Under the pieces are notes generated by a model. The model was given only the letters and a program-made list of their open reading frames with translations. It did no database searches and was not told where the DNA came from. The translations under genes and the position numbers were made by a program. DNA of 63,231 nt, counting the filler, from Collodictyon triciliatum (taxonomy: Eukaryota): assembly GCA_043381765.1 (NCBI GenBank). It is 5 parts of 5 records of this genome, joined end to end, with 100 filler letters (N's around TTAATTAATTAA, not from the genome) between each part and the next. Parts side by side here need not be neighbours in the genome. Positions count along the whole stretch, not along the records: positions 50,932 to 63,231 come from JBHJMP010001713.1; 4 more parts are not named here. One strand, 5' to 3'. Below, one piece after another: positions 61,801 through 63,231 of the stretch; within the stretch, counting starts at the first letter, position 1; the number at the start of each line of letters is the position of its first letter.

Positions 61801-63001
61801 ACTATAGGAAATATACAAAACCGAAAAAAAAAGGAAAAAATGAACCAAAAACGATGCGAAGAGAAAGAGAAAGAATTACATATGTTTCATCTAGAGCGTG
61901 TCGTTATCATGATTGGACAAGATTTTTAATGTCTCACGAGATGTTATTATTTGGCTGGGCAAATCTCGTTATAAAATGGCCATACTTTCAAACGTGGTTG
62001 TCTTTTCTAGCACAGTCGCATGCATAGCTTACCTTTTGAGTTTTTCCTTCCTCGTCCCTGCATATCGGTAGATGATATGAAGAAGACCACATGCTGAAGT
62101 CCTGGATGTAAACCAATCTGCCTGCGTCAATCTTTCGACCATCGGAAAGAAATGGAGCATTATATCGCTTTCAGTCATTTGCTCTCCGATTTTGCAAAGC
62201 GATTCAACGGCCTACAAAGCAAAAATCGCGATGAAAAGAAAAAAAGAAGTTGATATATTTGCTATACTCTATATGAAATAGGAGCACGATTTTCCACAGC
62301 GATGAAACGAAACCAGATGAAAACAATTAAAAAGTCTGAAAGGAAGTTAAAGTCACTTTATCCCGAACGACAGATTCCTCTACAGAGACAAGCGACTCCA
62401 AAGGACTCAAAATGTGATGCGCATTTTCATTCCCTCCGACATATTTGACAAAATCACCCAACTCACTGGCCAAAGCCAAAAGAACACCTTGTTCATCGTC
62501 CACAAGGTCTTTTCTCATCATTTTTGCGCAGTGGAAAACAAGAAGAAAAAAGAAGACATATTTGATTAGCTGTGTGACATAATTCACGATGTTCCATAAA
62601 AATAAAAATAAAAAAACAAGTTTGAAAAAATTATATTATAATAAATTGGATAGTGTTCAATATGAAATATAAAGGTTCTTTTTTATGAGTAAGATAATTT
62701 TAAAATGGCTTTTAGTTCATATTCAGCAAAGTATGGATTCTCTCTTAATCCATCATGTTTAATTGTTTTGAGAGAGGTTCAATCGCATGATTTATCTGCG
62801 TATTATATTTTTCTCCTTTTTCTTGTTTGCTCTATAATACAAACCTGTCAAAGCCGGGAGCAGATGCGAGATGGTTCGTTCCACACCGAGAGACGTTGCG
62901 ACTGTGTTTAGCCTGCGCACAGAGCCGATGCGCACTTCTTCGTCGTCGCTCTTCAGGTCCGTCAGGAAAATACTCATCGGGCTTTGCGGATCGTCCTCCA
63001 T
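58873..63001 (-). CDS. PPP2R1: Protein phosphatase 2A scaffold (A/65 kDa) HEAT-repeat subunit, multi-exon, spanning the N gap 59047-59377
   Basis: [95 protein letters not shown] and [14 protein letters not shown]. Confidence 0.96.
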
Positions 63002-63054
63002 CTTGTGTCTCTGATCTTCTGGCCGGTATAAACTCTTGAGGCTCTGTCTCGTTA

Positions 63055-63231
63055 AAAAGAAAAAGAAAATGAAAAAGAAAATGAAAAAGAAAATGAAAAG
63101 AAAAGAGAAAGAAGAAAGAAGAAAGAAGAAAGAGGAAAGAAGAAAGAAGAAAGAAGAAAGAAGAAAGAAGAAAGAAGAAAGAAGAAAGAAGAAAGAAGAA
63201 AGAAGAAAGAAGAAAGAAGAAAGAAGAAAGA
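63055..63231. repeat. (GAAAGAA)n purine repeat at the window end
   Basis: Directly visible. Confidence 0.95.

Overview
Intron-dense, AT-rich, microsatellite-rich nuclear DNA from an unidentified microbial eukaryote. The genetic code is standard: TAA, TAG and TGA all end recognisable genes. Four identical 100-bp spacers (44N-TTAATTAATTAA-44N at 15233, 23185, 35526 and 50832) split the window into five contigs, so gene order across them is unproven. Genes spliced by hand: ATG12, a CUE + TROVE-like/vWA protein, RPN12, CMC1, a fibrocystin-L-like IPT/PA14 protein (truncated), GRASP (truncated), an orphan gene, biotin synthase, NTF2, RUVBL2, a MYND-finger fusion, a calcineurin B-like sensor, an intronless SLC13/TrkA-C transporter pseudogene, AP-3 mu, DUF4286 and the PP2A A subunit. 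The main finding is at 28323-35304 (-): three complete Shaker-type 6TM K+ channel units (filters TLGYG, TVGYG, TVGYG) splice in frame into ONE polypeptide with no stop between them. The gene runs off the contig at its 5' end, so it may be a four-domain, Nav/Cav-style pseudotetrameric potassium channel. Its last repeat has a degenerate voltage sensor. All family assignments come from motif recognition, not database searches.
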